The notes under the pieces are model-generated. The model worked only from the letters and a program-made list of their open reading frames with translations, did not search any database and had not been told where the DNA came from. A stretch of 43,731 nt of DNA from a virus. Taxonomy: Duplodnaviria > Caudoviricetes. The first letter of the stretch is position 1; every line of letters begins with the position of its first letter. The position numbers were made by a program, and so were the translations under genes. Where the stretch lies: IMG/VR virus record IMGVR_UViG_3300012200_000004, positions 1 to 43,731 of that record; one strand, given 5' to 3'. This document shows positions 16,266 through 24,204 of this stretch, in pieces.

Positions 16266-17188
16266 GCCGTCTCGCTTTCGTAGAGCTCTTCGAACGTAAC
16301 GTCGAACTCGGACATCAGGCGTCCGGCCAGCGCGGGGCGGGGGGCGTACCGGCCACCCTCCCAGTGATGGATATGGCCCTTACCGAGCTCCAGCCTTCGC
16401 TCCAGTTGGCCTTGCGACCAGCCGCGCTTCTCCCTCAGGGCGCGAAGCCAGTCCCCGCGGAACCGGTAGCTTCCCGGCCCGGCGGCCTTGCATGGGGTGC
16501 ACACCGGGATCCGCTCACGCTTGTGGATCTGGAAGCCGAGCTCGGTTCCGCACGCACCAGTCCACTCGGGGATAGCGTCCGGGTCGTCGATCGTGTCGAG
16601 ATCCCAGACGTTCGACGGGGCATACCCCAGGTTGCGGGCCCGAGACTTCGACACGTTCACGCCGAACTGACTGACGCCGACATGCAGCGGGTTGACACCC
16701 GAAAGCTTGTCGTACATCACCTCGATCTGCCGGGCGGTCATGCCGGTGATGGACTTCACCTGGCCGCCACCCGACCGCTCACCGAGCAGGATGCGCTGCA
16801 ACCGCGGAGAGTTCCGCTTGTGGCCCATCTGCTCGCAGAGGAAGGTGTAGGGGTAGCCGTCGGCGCGAAGCCCCTGAAGGCGGCGCTGGGCCCCCAGGAA
16901 GGGGACGTGGCCCGACAGGTCGCTGTCGTCGAACTTCAGCTTGAGGATGTCCTCGAACGTGGACCGACGGATAGCGGGGGTATCGACCCGGCCGCCCAGC
17001 CTTGTCAGGTTGTCACGAGACATCCCAAGCTGGTCGGCCATCTGGGTGTACGACATGCCGCGGGCCGCGAAGCTGCGGACCTTGCTGGTCGCGTACCGGG
17101 TTTCCTTGCTGTCGTTCCTGAGAAGAGAGGGGCGACCGGTCTGGCGAAGATACTCCCAGGTCCGCTCCTGCTTGCGGGTACCGCTCAC
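16262..17188 (-). CDS. multi-HTH DNA-binding protein with C-terminal XRE-type HTH
   Basis: GMSYTQMADQLG; CGT..G...H.....C..C; LRALREKRGWSQGQL...WEGG..P. Confidence 0.75.
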   Translation of the reverse strand: MSGTRKQERTWEYLRQTGRPSLLRNDSKETRYATSKVRSFAARGMSYTQMADQLGMSRDNLTRLGGRVDTPAIRRSTFEDILKLKFDDSDLSGHVPFLGAQRRLQGLRADGYPYTFLCEQMGHKRNSPRLQRILLGERSGGGQVKSITGMTARQIEVMYDKLSGVNPLHVGVSQFGVNVSKSRARNLGYAPSNVWDLDTIDDPDAIPEWTGACGTELGFQIHKRERIPVCTPCKAAGPGSYRFRGDWLRALREKRGWSQGQLERRLELGKGHIHHWEGGRYAPRPALAGRLMSEFDVTFEELYESETA

Positions 17189-17196
17189 GGTTCTCC

Positions 17197-17382
17197 CTAG
17201 TGGGGGACGAAAGTCCAGTCGGCCAGGTCTATGGCCTGACGGATGTGCAGGTGGCTCATGCCCTTGTGGCGGTACACGACCACCCTGATATAGCCGTCGG
17301 CCACCGTGTCGACGGCTACGATCTCGACCGGGTTGCCGTGGGCGTTGAGGTACTGGTCGCCGGGGTAAAAGTCCTCATTCAT
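17197..17382 (-). CDS. hypothetical protein (DUF1653-like, weak)
   Basis: G..Y...G..V.IV......VVY pattern. Confidence 0.45.
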   Translation of the reverse strand: MNEDFYPGDQYLNAHGNPVEIVAVDTVADGYIRVVVYRHKGMSHLHIRQAIDLADWTFVPH

Positions 17383-17743
17383 TGCTCTCTCCGTATCCGG
17401 GAAGGTGCTGGACGTCGGCGGGGCGCTGCACGTACTGCTCGAGCAGGTTCACGGCTTCGTCGTCGTTAGCGTCGCGGAACAGCTCCTCGGCCTCGTAGTA
17501 GCCCAGGCCGAGGAGGTCGGCAGCGACGATCGCATATCCAGCGCGCTCGTACCCCTTGATGTCGAAGATCCACCGGATCGGCGCCCCCTCGGGGAGCTCG
17601 TTGTGGATCGCCCAACCGGCGACGCAGCGAACCGTGCCGCAGCCGTTCTCCCACACCATCTGGCTATGTGTTTCGGGGTGGGCTGCGATCTGGTCGAGTA
17701 CCTTCTTGCGGCGGGCGATGTAGACGGGGTCGGTCAGCGCCAT
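17375..17743 (-). CDS. phage hypothetical protein
   Basis: W...CGT-x-x-C-x-AGWA motif; AAGGAG RBS. Confidence 0.65.
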   Translation of the reverse strand: MALTDPVYIARRKKVLDQIAAHPETHSQMVWENGCGTVRCVAGWAIHNELPEGAPIRWIFDIKGYERAGYAIVAADLLGLGYYEAEELFRDANDDEAVNLLEQYVQRPADVQHLPGYGESNE

Positions 17744-17752
17744 GACGTCTCC

Positions 17753-17845
17753 TTACTCGGGGCGTTGTTCGCCGCAGTTGAGGCAAAGCAGGAACCAGAC
17801 GCCGTCTGCGTACATACGGACCCAGCAGTGACCGGGACAGGCCAT
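17753..17845 (-). CDS. Cys/His microprotein (30 aa)
   Basis: MACPGHCW...CLNCGEQRPE; AAAGGAG RBS. Confidence 0.55.
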   Translation of the reverse strand: MACPGHCWVRMYADGVWFLLCLNCGEQRPE

Positions 17846-17861
17846 GTCGGACTCCTTTCCG

Positions 17862-17933
17862 TGTCTCCTACAGGATTCGAACCTGTGCGCCCGGTACTTC
17901 ACACCGGCGCTCTGCCTACTGAGCTAAGGAGAC
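17862..17933 (-). tRNA. tRNA-Phe(GAA) with atypical anticodon loop, CCA not encoded
   Basis: GTCTCCT/AGGAGAC acceptor, CCGGT-GTGAAGT-ACCGG, ACAGG-TTCGAAT-CCTGT. Confidence 0.88.
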
Positions 17934-18097
17934 TGGGCCCCGGCGGACTGGGAGGGTGGTCTGCCTTCACCTTCCGGCCTGCCGGGGGTTGCGCTCACAA
18001 CTCAAGTATCCCCCCTGGTGTTCCCCCGAAACGGATAGTTGGCAAAGGAACGGCAAAACCCCCCGACCGGACGATCAGGAGGCTTTGACCTGGGGTT

Positions 18098-18196
18098 TTA
18101 CGGGTTGAGCATCTTACCGCACGCGACGCAGACCGAGGCGCCCGGAGGATTCGGGGCTCCGCACTCAGCGCAGTACGTCGGACCCGGAGTGCTCAC
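18098..18196 (-). CDS. zinc-ribbon microprotein (32 aa)
   Basis: YCAECGAPNPPGASVCVACG; GTGA coupling to holin stop. Confidence 0.65.
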   Translation of the reverse strand: MSTPGPTYCAECGAPNPPGASVCVACGKMLNP

Positions 18197-18381
18197 TTCG
18201 CGATGGTCGGCTTGGTCGGGTCGCCGATCTGCTTGACGACCACACCGTAAGCGGCGGCGACACCCGCGGCGACGGCACCGGACAGACCGGCCTTGGTCAG
18301 CTCGCCCGCCAGGAGGGCAGGGACGGCTGAGCCGAGGAAGGCGATGAAGACAAGCTCAAGAAGTCGCTTGGTGTACTGCAC
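18193..18381 (-). CDS. putative holin (r1t-like)
   Basis: 62 aa, two hydrophobic segments, KRLLE..F.AF and C-terminal G-x-P-x-x-P; AAGGAG RBS before GTG. Confidence 0.6.
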   Translation of the reverse strand: MQYTKRLLELVFIAFLGSAVPALLAGELTKAGLSGAVAAGVAAAYGVVVKQIGDPTKPTIAK

Positions 18382-18593
18382 TAGTTCTCCTTCGTGATGT
18401 GGATGAGGTACCAGGAGGCGAAGGCCGCCCATGTCCCGACGAACACCACCCTTCCTACGCGCGTGCGCGTGTGAAAGAGCCGACGGGTCGTCTCGGACAG
18501 TGTATCGCTGGCCTTGCCGTTGGCCAGAGCGTAGGCCTCGAAGCCGCTACCGGCGGCGATCAAGCCCGCCCACACAAGATCAGAAGTCTCCAC
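18381..18593 (-). CDS. small membrane protein, 2 TM
   Basis: VWAGLI...E..AL....DTLSE..R...W...W...H pattern. Confidence 0.65.
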   Translation of the reverse strand: METSDLVWAGLIAAGSGFEAYALANGKASDTLSETTRRLFHTRTRVGRVVFVGTWAAFASWYLIHITKEN

Positions 18594-18600
18594 GGTGCCC

Positions 18601-18692
18601 CCTCTCAGGATGTCCGGTTAGTGTAGCGGTTTGGGTGGTGACACCCGGGGTATGATGAAGGCATCACCCCACGTAACACGAAGGGAATACCC
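18601..18692. promoter_or_regulatory. divergent promoter region
   Basis: Strand switch; -10-like TATGAT (+, 18651-18656) and TACACT (-, 18620-18625); no clean -35. Confidence 0.55.
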
Positions 18693-18893
18693 ATGACGCT
18701 CGACACGAAGGCTGCTATCGCCAGCCTCTCGACCCCCGGCAAGCGGGTCCGAGTCAACGACGACCAGATCGTACTCAAGCTGCCCAAGACGGTAAAGGCC
18801 CTGGTCGAGGACATCGCCAAGGGCAAGGACGTCTCCGCGGCGGCCGTAGTCCGCGAGTCCCTGGCCGAGTACCTCGACAAGCGCGGGTACTAA
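18693..18893 (+). CDS. ribbon-helix-helix (CopG/Arc-like) DNA-binding protein
   Basis: QIVLKLP (ribbon) - KTVKALVEDIA - GKDVS - AAAVVRESLAEYL. Confidence 0.8.
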   Translation: MTLDTKAAIASLSTPGKRVRVNDDQIVLKLPKTVKALVEDIAKGKDVSAAAVVRESLAEYLDKRGY

Positions 18894-18950
18894 CGGCACC
18901 TCCCGAGGCATCACCACCCCATCCCCCGAGGTAACACGGAGGTATTACCC

Positions 18951-19205
18951 GTGACGATCCTTACTTTCTTCCAAGTCCGGTGCGACCCGTGTGAGCGATG
19001 GCTCGGATGTTCGCGCCCGGCGATCACCAACAGCAGCGACTCCCCGCACTTCCTCGACTTCACCTCGGCCTACAATGAGGCAGTCGCACGCGGCTGGTCC
19101 GCGTCCCCCCTGATCTGTCCGGACTGCGCGGCAGAGTGGCGAGAGAAGGTCCTCGATGAATCACAAGACGGCAGGGCTGTACGTGAATCTGGTGAAGGCG
19201 CTTAA
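18951..19205 (+). CDS. zinc-binding hypothetical protein
   Basis: CDPC...A...GW....CPDC; GGAGG RBS. Confidence 0.65.
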   Translation: MTILTFFQVRCDPCERWLGCSRPAITNSSDSPHFLDFTSAYNEAVARGWSASPLICPDCAAEWREKVLDESQDGRAVRESGEGA

Positions 19206-19326
19206 CGCCCTGGAGGAGAACGGGGAAGACGTCGGGGCGCTGGGCCTGATGGAGTACATCGAAGGTAACTCCGCCGCCGTCCGCTGGGATTCAGACCTGG
19301 AGGCGTGGCGTGTCGTCGAAGCCTGA
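19156..19326 (+). CDS. hypothetical protein (56 aa)
   Basis: Manually translated MNHKTAGLY...WRVVEA; fills gap. Confidence 0.5.
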   Translation: MNHKTAGLYVNLVKALNALEENGEDVGALGLMEYIEGNSAAVRWDSDLEAWRVVEA

Positions 19327-19501
19327 GAAAGCCCTCAGACGCCAGCTCCGCGAGCTGACGCCACTCGATACCGACTCGGTCATAGCGGACCGCATGACCT
19401 TGCTCAACGCCGCCGCAGCGTGGATGAAAGCCAACGGGCCGGGAGAGTACGACATCATGGACGTGTTGGCCGTGGCAGAGTTCATGGCCGGAACGGAGTG
19501 A
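19310..19501 (+). CDS. hypothetical protein
   Basis: 63 aa; GGAGG RBS. Confidence 0.6.
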   Translation: MSSKPEKALRRQLRELTPLDTDSVIADRMTLLNAAAAWMKANGPGEYDIMDVLAVAEFMAGTE

Positions 19502-19505
19502 AGTC

Positions 19506-19850
19506 GTGCAACGTGTCACTATCGGGGACCGGGCGGCGGACCGCCTGGCTTCCGTAGTCGGATCCTGGAAGTTTGTCATCGGCCAGGGAATCTTCCTCGC
19601 CGTGTGGTTTGTGCTCAACACCGTGGCTTGGTTCGCCCACTGGGATTCCTACCCGTTCGTCCTGGCCAACCTGTTCATGTCGGCCGAAGCGGCGTTCACC
19701 GGCCCGATCATCATGATGGCGTCCAACCGGGCGGCCGAGATGGACCGGTTGATCCTCAACCGTGACTACCTGGAAGACGTCGAGACCAACCGCCTCGTCG
19801 AACGCATCGCCGCCCACCTGGGAGTATCCCTTGAAGATCCCACGCCCTAG
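19506..19850 (+). CDS. DUF1003 family membrane protein
   Basis: GDR-x-AD...GSW-x-F...W...N...D-x-YPF...NL-x-x-S...P-I-I-M-M-x-x-N-R. Confidence 0.88.
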   Translation: MQRVTIGDRAADRLASVVGSWKFVIGQGIFLAVWFVLNTVAWFAHWDSYPFVLANLFMSAEAAFTGPIIMMASNRAAEMDRLILNRDYLEDVETNRLVERIAAHLGVSLEDPTP

Positions 19851-20208
19851 CTTCGACCCGGCCTTGGTCGACGAGATCGAAATGTATCTCGACCAGCACT
19901 ACCAGACGGAGATTATCGGGTCGTATACGAACGACGAGCTCGGTCTGACGGTCATCGTCGCCCGCGGGCAGGTAACCGTCCGCGGCACGACCCGCCCCAT
20001 GATCCAGGTCATCCAGGACGGCGGGGGCTTCAAGTACAACCACCCCAACCCGTGCCCCTCGTGCGACGACTGGGCACGAACCGCCCGCTGCGCCGACCAC
20101 TGGGAGACGACCTTCCAGGAGAATGAGGACGGACGCCCGGTCACGGCCGACGGTTTCCGGCCCCCGCGAGCGATCGCTGAAGCCTACGAACGGATGGGGC
20201 TGCTGTGA
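19831..20208 (+). CDS. hypothetical protein
   Basis: TTG start after GGAG; CPSC...C..H. Confidence 0.55.
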   Translation: MKIPRPSFDPALVDEIEMYLDQHYQTEIIGSYTNDELGLTVIVARGQVTVRGTTRPMIQVIQDGGGFKYNHPNPCPSCDDWARTARCADHWETTFQENEDGRPVTADGFRPPRAIAEAYERMGLL

Positions 20209-20525
20209 TCCTTTCGGAGTTCGGCGAAGGCTACTGCCGGGTCTGCCACTTCGTGGTGGGACTGGTCGAGGACGGGCGCCTGATCTTCCACGAGCGGGGA
20301 CGGCACTCCAACTCGATCGCCGCATGCGACGGTTCGGGGCGGAAGCCCTCCAAGGTGACGCCGTACGCTAGTAGGCTCGCGGCGTTCAAGACGAAAGCGC
20401 CGCTCGTCGCGTGCCCGGGGTGCGGGCATCAGGTAACCGTGGCGTCCTACCCGTCGGGCCCGCTCATCGCCCGACACATCGTACCCTTCGGGTCCCTGTG
20501 CCCCGGAAGCCACAAGAAGCCCTAG
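20205..20525 (+). CDS. protein with two CxxC...H...CxGS Zn-binding repeats
   Basis: CRVC..H..CDGS and CPGC..H..CPGS. Confidence 0.65.
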   Translation: MILSEFGEGYCRVCHFVVGLVEDGRLIFHERGRHSNSIAACDGSGRKPSKVTPYASRLAAFKTKAPLVACPGCGHQVTVASYPSGPLIARHIVPFGSLCPGSHKKP

Positions 20526-20540
20526 AGAGGCCAACGACCC

Positions 20541-22004
20541 GTGAAGCTGTACTCGCCGACCATAGACCGGGACGGTAACCCCGGGTCACAGCTCTCCCCT
20601 TTCCGGCCCGACGGTTGGGGGGAGCCTTTCCTGCCCCCGGAAGCTGAAGAGACGTTCAAGAACCAGCCGCTGAAGCAGGTTATCGACGAAGAGAAGCAGC
20701 GCCTTCGGATCCTCGACCAGGCACGCCGCGAGTTTCAGAACGAACAGCAGGAAGCGGAACTGTCCGGCGCCCTACCGGCCGACGCCGAAGCTTTCCGCGA
20801 CCTGAAGCTGAAGCCCCGGGTCAGCGAGATTCACGCCTTCGAGCAGTCGGTACGGACGCCCATCGTGCAGGGTCTGCTCTTCCGCAACACCCTCGCGTGG
20901 ATCGCTGGACCGTCCGGCACGTTCAAGTCGTTCGTCACCGCGGACCTGGCGTTCCGGTATGGATCGGACGGCATGGACTACCACGGGCGGCGCATGACCT
21001 CTGGGCGCACCCTCCTGGTCATCGCAGAGGGGGCCGGTTCGTACGCCGACCGCCGGGCAGCGTGGGAGAAGCAGCATGACCAGGAAGTCAAACAGGTCAT
21101 GATCTACCCGGCACCCCTCCAACTAGGCGACACCCTCAAGGAAATGCCCGCGCTCATCTCCTACCTCAAGGAGGAAGAGGGGGCGGGACGGGGATTCGGG
21201 CTTGTCGTGTTCGACACGCAGGCCATGTGTACTGTCGGCATCGACGAGAACACCTCGGAAGTCAACCTGGTTATCAACGTGCTGCACCGGATCCGAGAAG
21301 TTTCCGGCGCCTGCGTTCTCACCGTCCATCACTTCGGTAAAAAGGGTGGCGCCGGAATGCGCGGCTCGTCCATGCTTTACGCCGCAGCCGATACGGTTAT
21401 CGTGATCGACAAAGAAGTCGACGGAATGAAAGTCACCCTGTCGACCGGGGGCGAACACGGAAAGCAGAAGGATGCCGTAGCGGAAACGGATTTCCTGACC
21501 CTCGAACTAATTCCGCACGTGGTCGGCACGGACTATTTCGACGACCCGCTGACCTCCCTCGTGCCGGTTCCGGCCGAGGCTCACGACGTGCACGACGAAG
21601 CGGAGGACGTTCCGCTGTCACTCCCCGATGTGACCGAGAAGCAGATGACCTACCTGAAGCACCTGGCGTTCTTCGAGCACCGGGGGACGTCCCCGGCTGG
21701 CATGGCCGCGAGGATGAACGACGTGATCCACGAGAAGTTCACGAACGGCCCCCTGGTGCGGGGGAAGCTGGTCGAAATGGCGAAGAAGGTGCCCGCTCTG
21801 GCCGAGCAGCCGACGCCGAAGGGTGGCTGGTTCATCACTCCGGCGGGGGTTGCGGTCATCGCGCGAGAGGTCGCCCTGGGGGAGTCGTGGGTTGATCGGA
21901 GTGCGCCCAGGAGGAACCGCAACACCACCTCCGACCAAGATCGAACGATGGTTTTTCCGGAGGTTTTGCAGGGTACAACTAAACCTCCCAACGAAACCTC
22001 CTAA
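20541..22004 (+). CDS. AAA_25 / RepA-like replicative helicase
   Basis: Walker A GPSGTFKS, AEG, Walker B VVFDT, HHFGK, RGSS, KQKD. Confidence 0.88.
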   Translation: MKLYSPTIDRDGNPGSQLSPFRPDGWGEPFLPPEAEETFKNQPLKQVIDEEKQRLRILDQARREFQNEQQEAELSGALPADAEAFRDLKLKPRVSEIHAFEQSVRTPIVQGLLFRNTLAWIAGPSGTFKSFVTADLAFRYGSDGMDYHGRRMTSGRTLLVIAEGAGSYADRRAAWEKQHDQEVKQVMIYPAPLQLGDTLKEMPALISYLKEEEGAGRGFGLVVFDTQAMCTVGIDENTSEVNLVINVLHRIREVSGACVLTVHHFGKKGGAGMRGSSMLYAAADTVIVIDKEVDGMKVTLSTGGEHGKQKDAVAETDFLTLELIPHVVGTDYFDDPLTSLVPVPAEAHDVHDEAEDVPLSLPDVTEKQMTYLKHLAFFEHRGTSPAGMAARMNDVIHEKFTNGPLVRGKLVEMAKKVPALAEQPTPKGGWFITPAGVAVIAREVALGESWVDRSAPRRNRNTTSDQDRTMVFPEVLQGTTKPPNETS

Positions 22005-22110
22005 ACCTCGGCTAAACCTCTAGCGAAACCATCTCTGACCTGCACTAAAGGTTTGGCCCTAAAAACTAAACCTCTAGCGAAACCTCCTAAACCTCCCCAG
22101 CGCGCCCCGT
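21960..22110. repeat. AAACCTC iteron cluster; probable replication origin
   Basis: 7 exact direct copies plus inverted copies at the helicase 3' end, around a CTGACCTGC core, followed by a GC hairpin. Confidence 0.75.
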
Positions 22111-22154
22111 AGGGGCGCTGGGTTGGGGGTTTAGTGCGAGAGTGAAAGGAAGAA

Positions 22155-22649
22155 ATGATCAAGGTTGAACCCTGCCGAGGATGTGGACGGACCCTCTTCA
22201 CGGTGAAGGTGGCGAACCTGGACGTGCGGTGTGATCCGGAGAAGCTGGACGCCCAGGAAGCTGTAGCCGCGCTCCTCGCCGGACGTGAGCTGTGGAGCGT
22301 GGACGGAATGAACCTGAGCGGCGCCCGGCACGAGATCCTGGGCGGGCTCAACGGGCCGACGCCGCCTCACGTCGTCGGGACTCATCGCTGCGAAGCCGTA
22401 GGCGCCCGTCTGGCGGCTCCGCAGAAGGGGGGTGAGGCCGGGCCCCCAAAAGGCCCGTCCAGCCCGCCTGTGGCCCCTTCAGTAGCTTTCTTGGGGCACT
22501 CGACGGGGCCCTCTGGTGTCCCCAGTGCGGTGAAGCGCCGTTCTGACCCTCCCTGCGACCGCTGCGGGCGACCGTGCGAGCCTGGCACGTATGCGTCCGT
22601 GGAGTACGGCGACCTGGTTATCTGGGCGGAACACGGAGCCTGCCCGTAG
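22155..22649 (+). CDS. zinc-binding hypothetical protein
   Basis: CRGC...H-x-C, CDRC...H..C. Confidence 0.6.
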   Translation: MIKVEPCRGCGRTLFTVKVANLDVRCDPEKLDAQEAVAALLAGRELWSVDGMNLSGARHEILGGLNGPTPPHVVGTHRCEAVGARLAAPQKGGEAGPPKGPSSPPVAPSVAFLGHSTGPSGVPSAVKRRSDPPCDRCGRPCEPGTYASVEYGDLVIWAEHGACP

Positions 22650-22690
22650 ACGCACGAAAGCGGCCCCCCTCGGGGGGGTACAATTTACTC

Positions 22691-23077
22691 ATGGGTAAAT
22701 GGGTGCACCGGCTGACCGAGATTAACGAAGAGAGCCGCACCGGAGTCTGCGCGAACTGCGGACCGGTGCGGCTCAAGGCCGACAAGGGGCGGTGGAGATG
22801 TCGCGTGGCCGCGAGGATGAATCGCGGGAACACGGCGGCCAAGATCCGCAGGCCTCACGGGCTCACTCTTCTTGAGGCCGCGGAGTACCGGGCGGGGAAG
22901 TCCTGCGAGATCTGCGGCTCGACCGTCAGGCTGTGCGTAGATCACGACCACTCGACCGGCGTGATTCGAGGCGTGCTCTGCACGAAATGCAATGCCGGGC
23001 TGGGCATGTTCTTGGACGATCCGAAGCTGATGCTGTCCGCCGCGGACTACATATCAAAACGGGCCCTCACTGGATAA
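22691..23077 (+). CDS. endonuclease VII-like nuclease (second copy)
   Basis: CEICG...VDHDH-x-TG-x-IRG-x-LC-x-x-CN; start reset to ATG 22691. Confidence 0.88.
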   Translation: MGKWVHRLTEINEESRTGVCANCGPVRLKADKGRWRCRVAARMNRGNTAAKIRRPHGLTLLEAAEYRAGKSCEICGSTVRLCVDHDHSTGVIRGVLCTKCNAGLGMFLDDPKLMLSAADYISKRALTG

Positions 23078-23090
23078 GTGAGGGCCCGTT
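23058..23090. terminator. bidirectional hairpin terminator between convergent blocks
   Basis: 14-bp perfect stem AACGGGCCCTCACT/AGTGAGGGCCCGTT. Confidence 0.8.
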
Positions 23091-23107
23091 CAAGCGTGAG
23101 GTGAATT

Positions 23108-23278
23108 CTAATTCACCGGGGCTCCGCCATAACGCGCCTGGAGGTAGGCTTCAGCGTTCTCATCCACTTCCTGGGCGGACTCCTCGCAGTCGGGTGAACA
23201 GTAATTCACCTCGTCGAAACTGCCCGGGTTGTATTCCACCGGAGCGAATTCGTCGCCGCAGAAACCGCACCAATTCAC
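23108..23278 (-). CDS. TRASH/FCS-like zinc-finger microprotein (56 aa)
   Basis: CGFCGDEF...YCSPDC; AAGGAG RBS, GTGA coupling. Confidence 0.65.
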   Translation of the reverse strand: MNWCGFCGDEFAPVEYNPGSFDEVNYCSPDCEESAQEVDENAEAYLQARYGGAPVN

Positions 23279-23424
23279 GCCTTGCTCCTTCGGTGAACCC
23301 CGCGAGAGATATCCATAGCGATGGCCATCAGGACGTTATTTACGTGCTCCTCGGCCTCACCTACGGGTGCCTCGATCATCATCGACCGGAGGTACCGGAC
23401 TACCGCTTTGCGCTCTTCGTTCAC
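23275..23424 (-). CDS. hypothetical protein (49 aa)
   Basis: 3' part of the listed ORF with a coupled GTG start. Confidence 0.55.
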   Translation of the reverse strand: MNEERKAVVRYLRSMMIEAPVGEAEEHVNNVLMAIAMDISRGVHRRSKA

Positions 23425-23492
23425 ATTGGGCTCCGCATGATTGCACTCAGCACCAGGAAGGCGAGGACGGCGAACAGAATCAGGGCTTTCAT
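23421..23492 (-). CDS. 23-aa single-TM microprotein
   Basis: MKALILFAVLAFLVLSAIMRSPM; ATGA and GTGA overlaps on both sides. Confidence 0.55.
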   Translation of the reverse strand: MKALILFAVLAFLVLSAIMRSPM

Positions 23493-24127
23493 CGCAGGTT
23501 CTCCGGGATATAGACGTCCGACGGGTTGCGGTTGGCCTTCGTCGCCCATTCGGCGACGTACTGCACGGCGTGGGACGAGGGGAGCTTGTGGAGGGTAGAA
23601 GCGGGCACCACGTGGACCTCACCGGCCTTGTCGGCCACGACCACCAGGCCTCCCCGGGCGTCGACTGCCGGTACCCGGTCGAGCCCGGGGACGACCTTCG
23701 CGTCGAAGTTGGCATATCCCTTGGCGCCGATAACCCGGTGTGTGGCCTTGAACGGCTCCTCCTTCTTGACGGGGACGCGGATTTCCTTTGCGTTCGCGAT
23801 GTCCCACACCGCGATCTCCCCGCGGATCTGGCCGAGGGCGAGAGCGTCACGCAGAGTCGATACCCGGTCGGTGGCGTCGACGTAGACGCGTCCGGTCTCC
23901 GTGTCCTTCCACCATCCGATGTAGCGACTCTCGCTGCCGTCGACGAACAGAGCGATGTCGCGCAGTGCAGTGGAGTGGTTGGCATCGGTCACCGAGTCGA
24001 ACACCAGGGCTTCGGCCGCTCCGCCGACGTAGTAGCCGGTGGTCGGGAGGGGGTTGCCGGTGACGTCGATCGTCCCGTCAACGTCATGGACGATCGAGTT
24101 GAAGACCTGGATTGCGGCGGCGGTCAT
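23489..24127 (-). CDS. phage early hypothetical protein (212 aa)
   Basis: AGGAGG RBS; IG-x-W-x-D...VY-x-D...A...G.....AVWD motif. Confidence 0.7.
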   Translation of the reverse strand: MTAAAIQVFNSIVHDVDGTIDVTGNPLPTTGYYVGGAAEALVFDSVTDANHSTALRDIALFVDGSESRYIGWWKDTETGRVYVDATDRVSTLRDALALGQIRGEIAVWDIANAKEIRVPVKKEEPFKATHRVIGAKGYANFDAKVVPGLDRVPAVDARGGLVVVADKAGEVHVVPASTLHKLPSSHAVQYVAEWATKANRNPSDVYIPENLR

Positions 24128-24155
24128 GGTTCCTCCTGTGGTTGTCTGCGGAACT

Positions 24156-24202
24156 GGAGGGAACTCCCTCAAGGTAATACCTACCCTGAAGGGGCTCCCC
24201 TC
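24156..24202 (-). promoter_or_regulatory. conserved long intergenic hairpin (copy 2)
   Basis: GAGGGGAGCCCCTTCAGGGTAGGTATTACCTTGAGGGAGTTCCCTCC on the - strand. Confidence 0.7.
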
Positions 24203-24204
24203 AA

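Noticed and set aside
16262-17188. Immunity repressor implying lysogeny
   Set aside because: The XRE HTH is C-terminal, there is no peptidase domain, it lies mid-operon, and no integrase is adjacent
17937-17988. Long hairpin upstream of tRNA-Phe as a separate ncRNA
   Set aside because: A single GC-rich imperfect hairpin with no recognisable family features; may be just a leader or terminator
23100-23210. Two GGTGAA-N6-TTCACC palindromes (23100-23117, 23193-23210) as operators
   Set aside because: They overlap a credible Zn-finger ORF at the 3' end of an operon, far from any promoter; cannot be separated from chance
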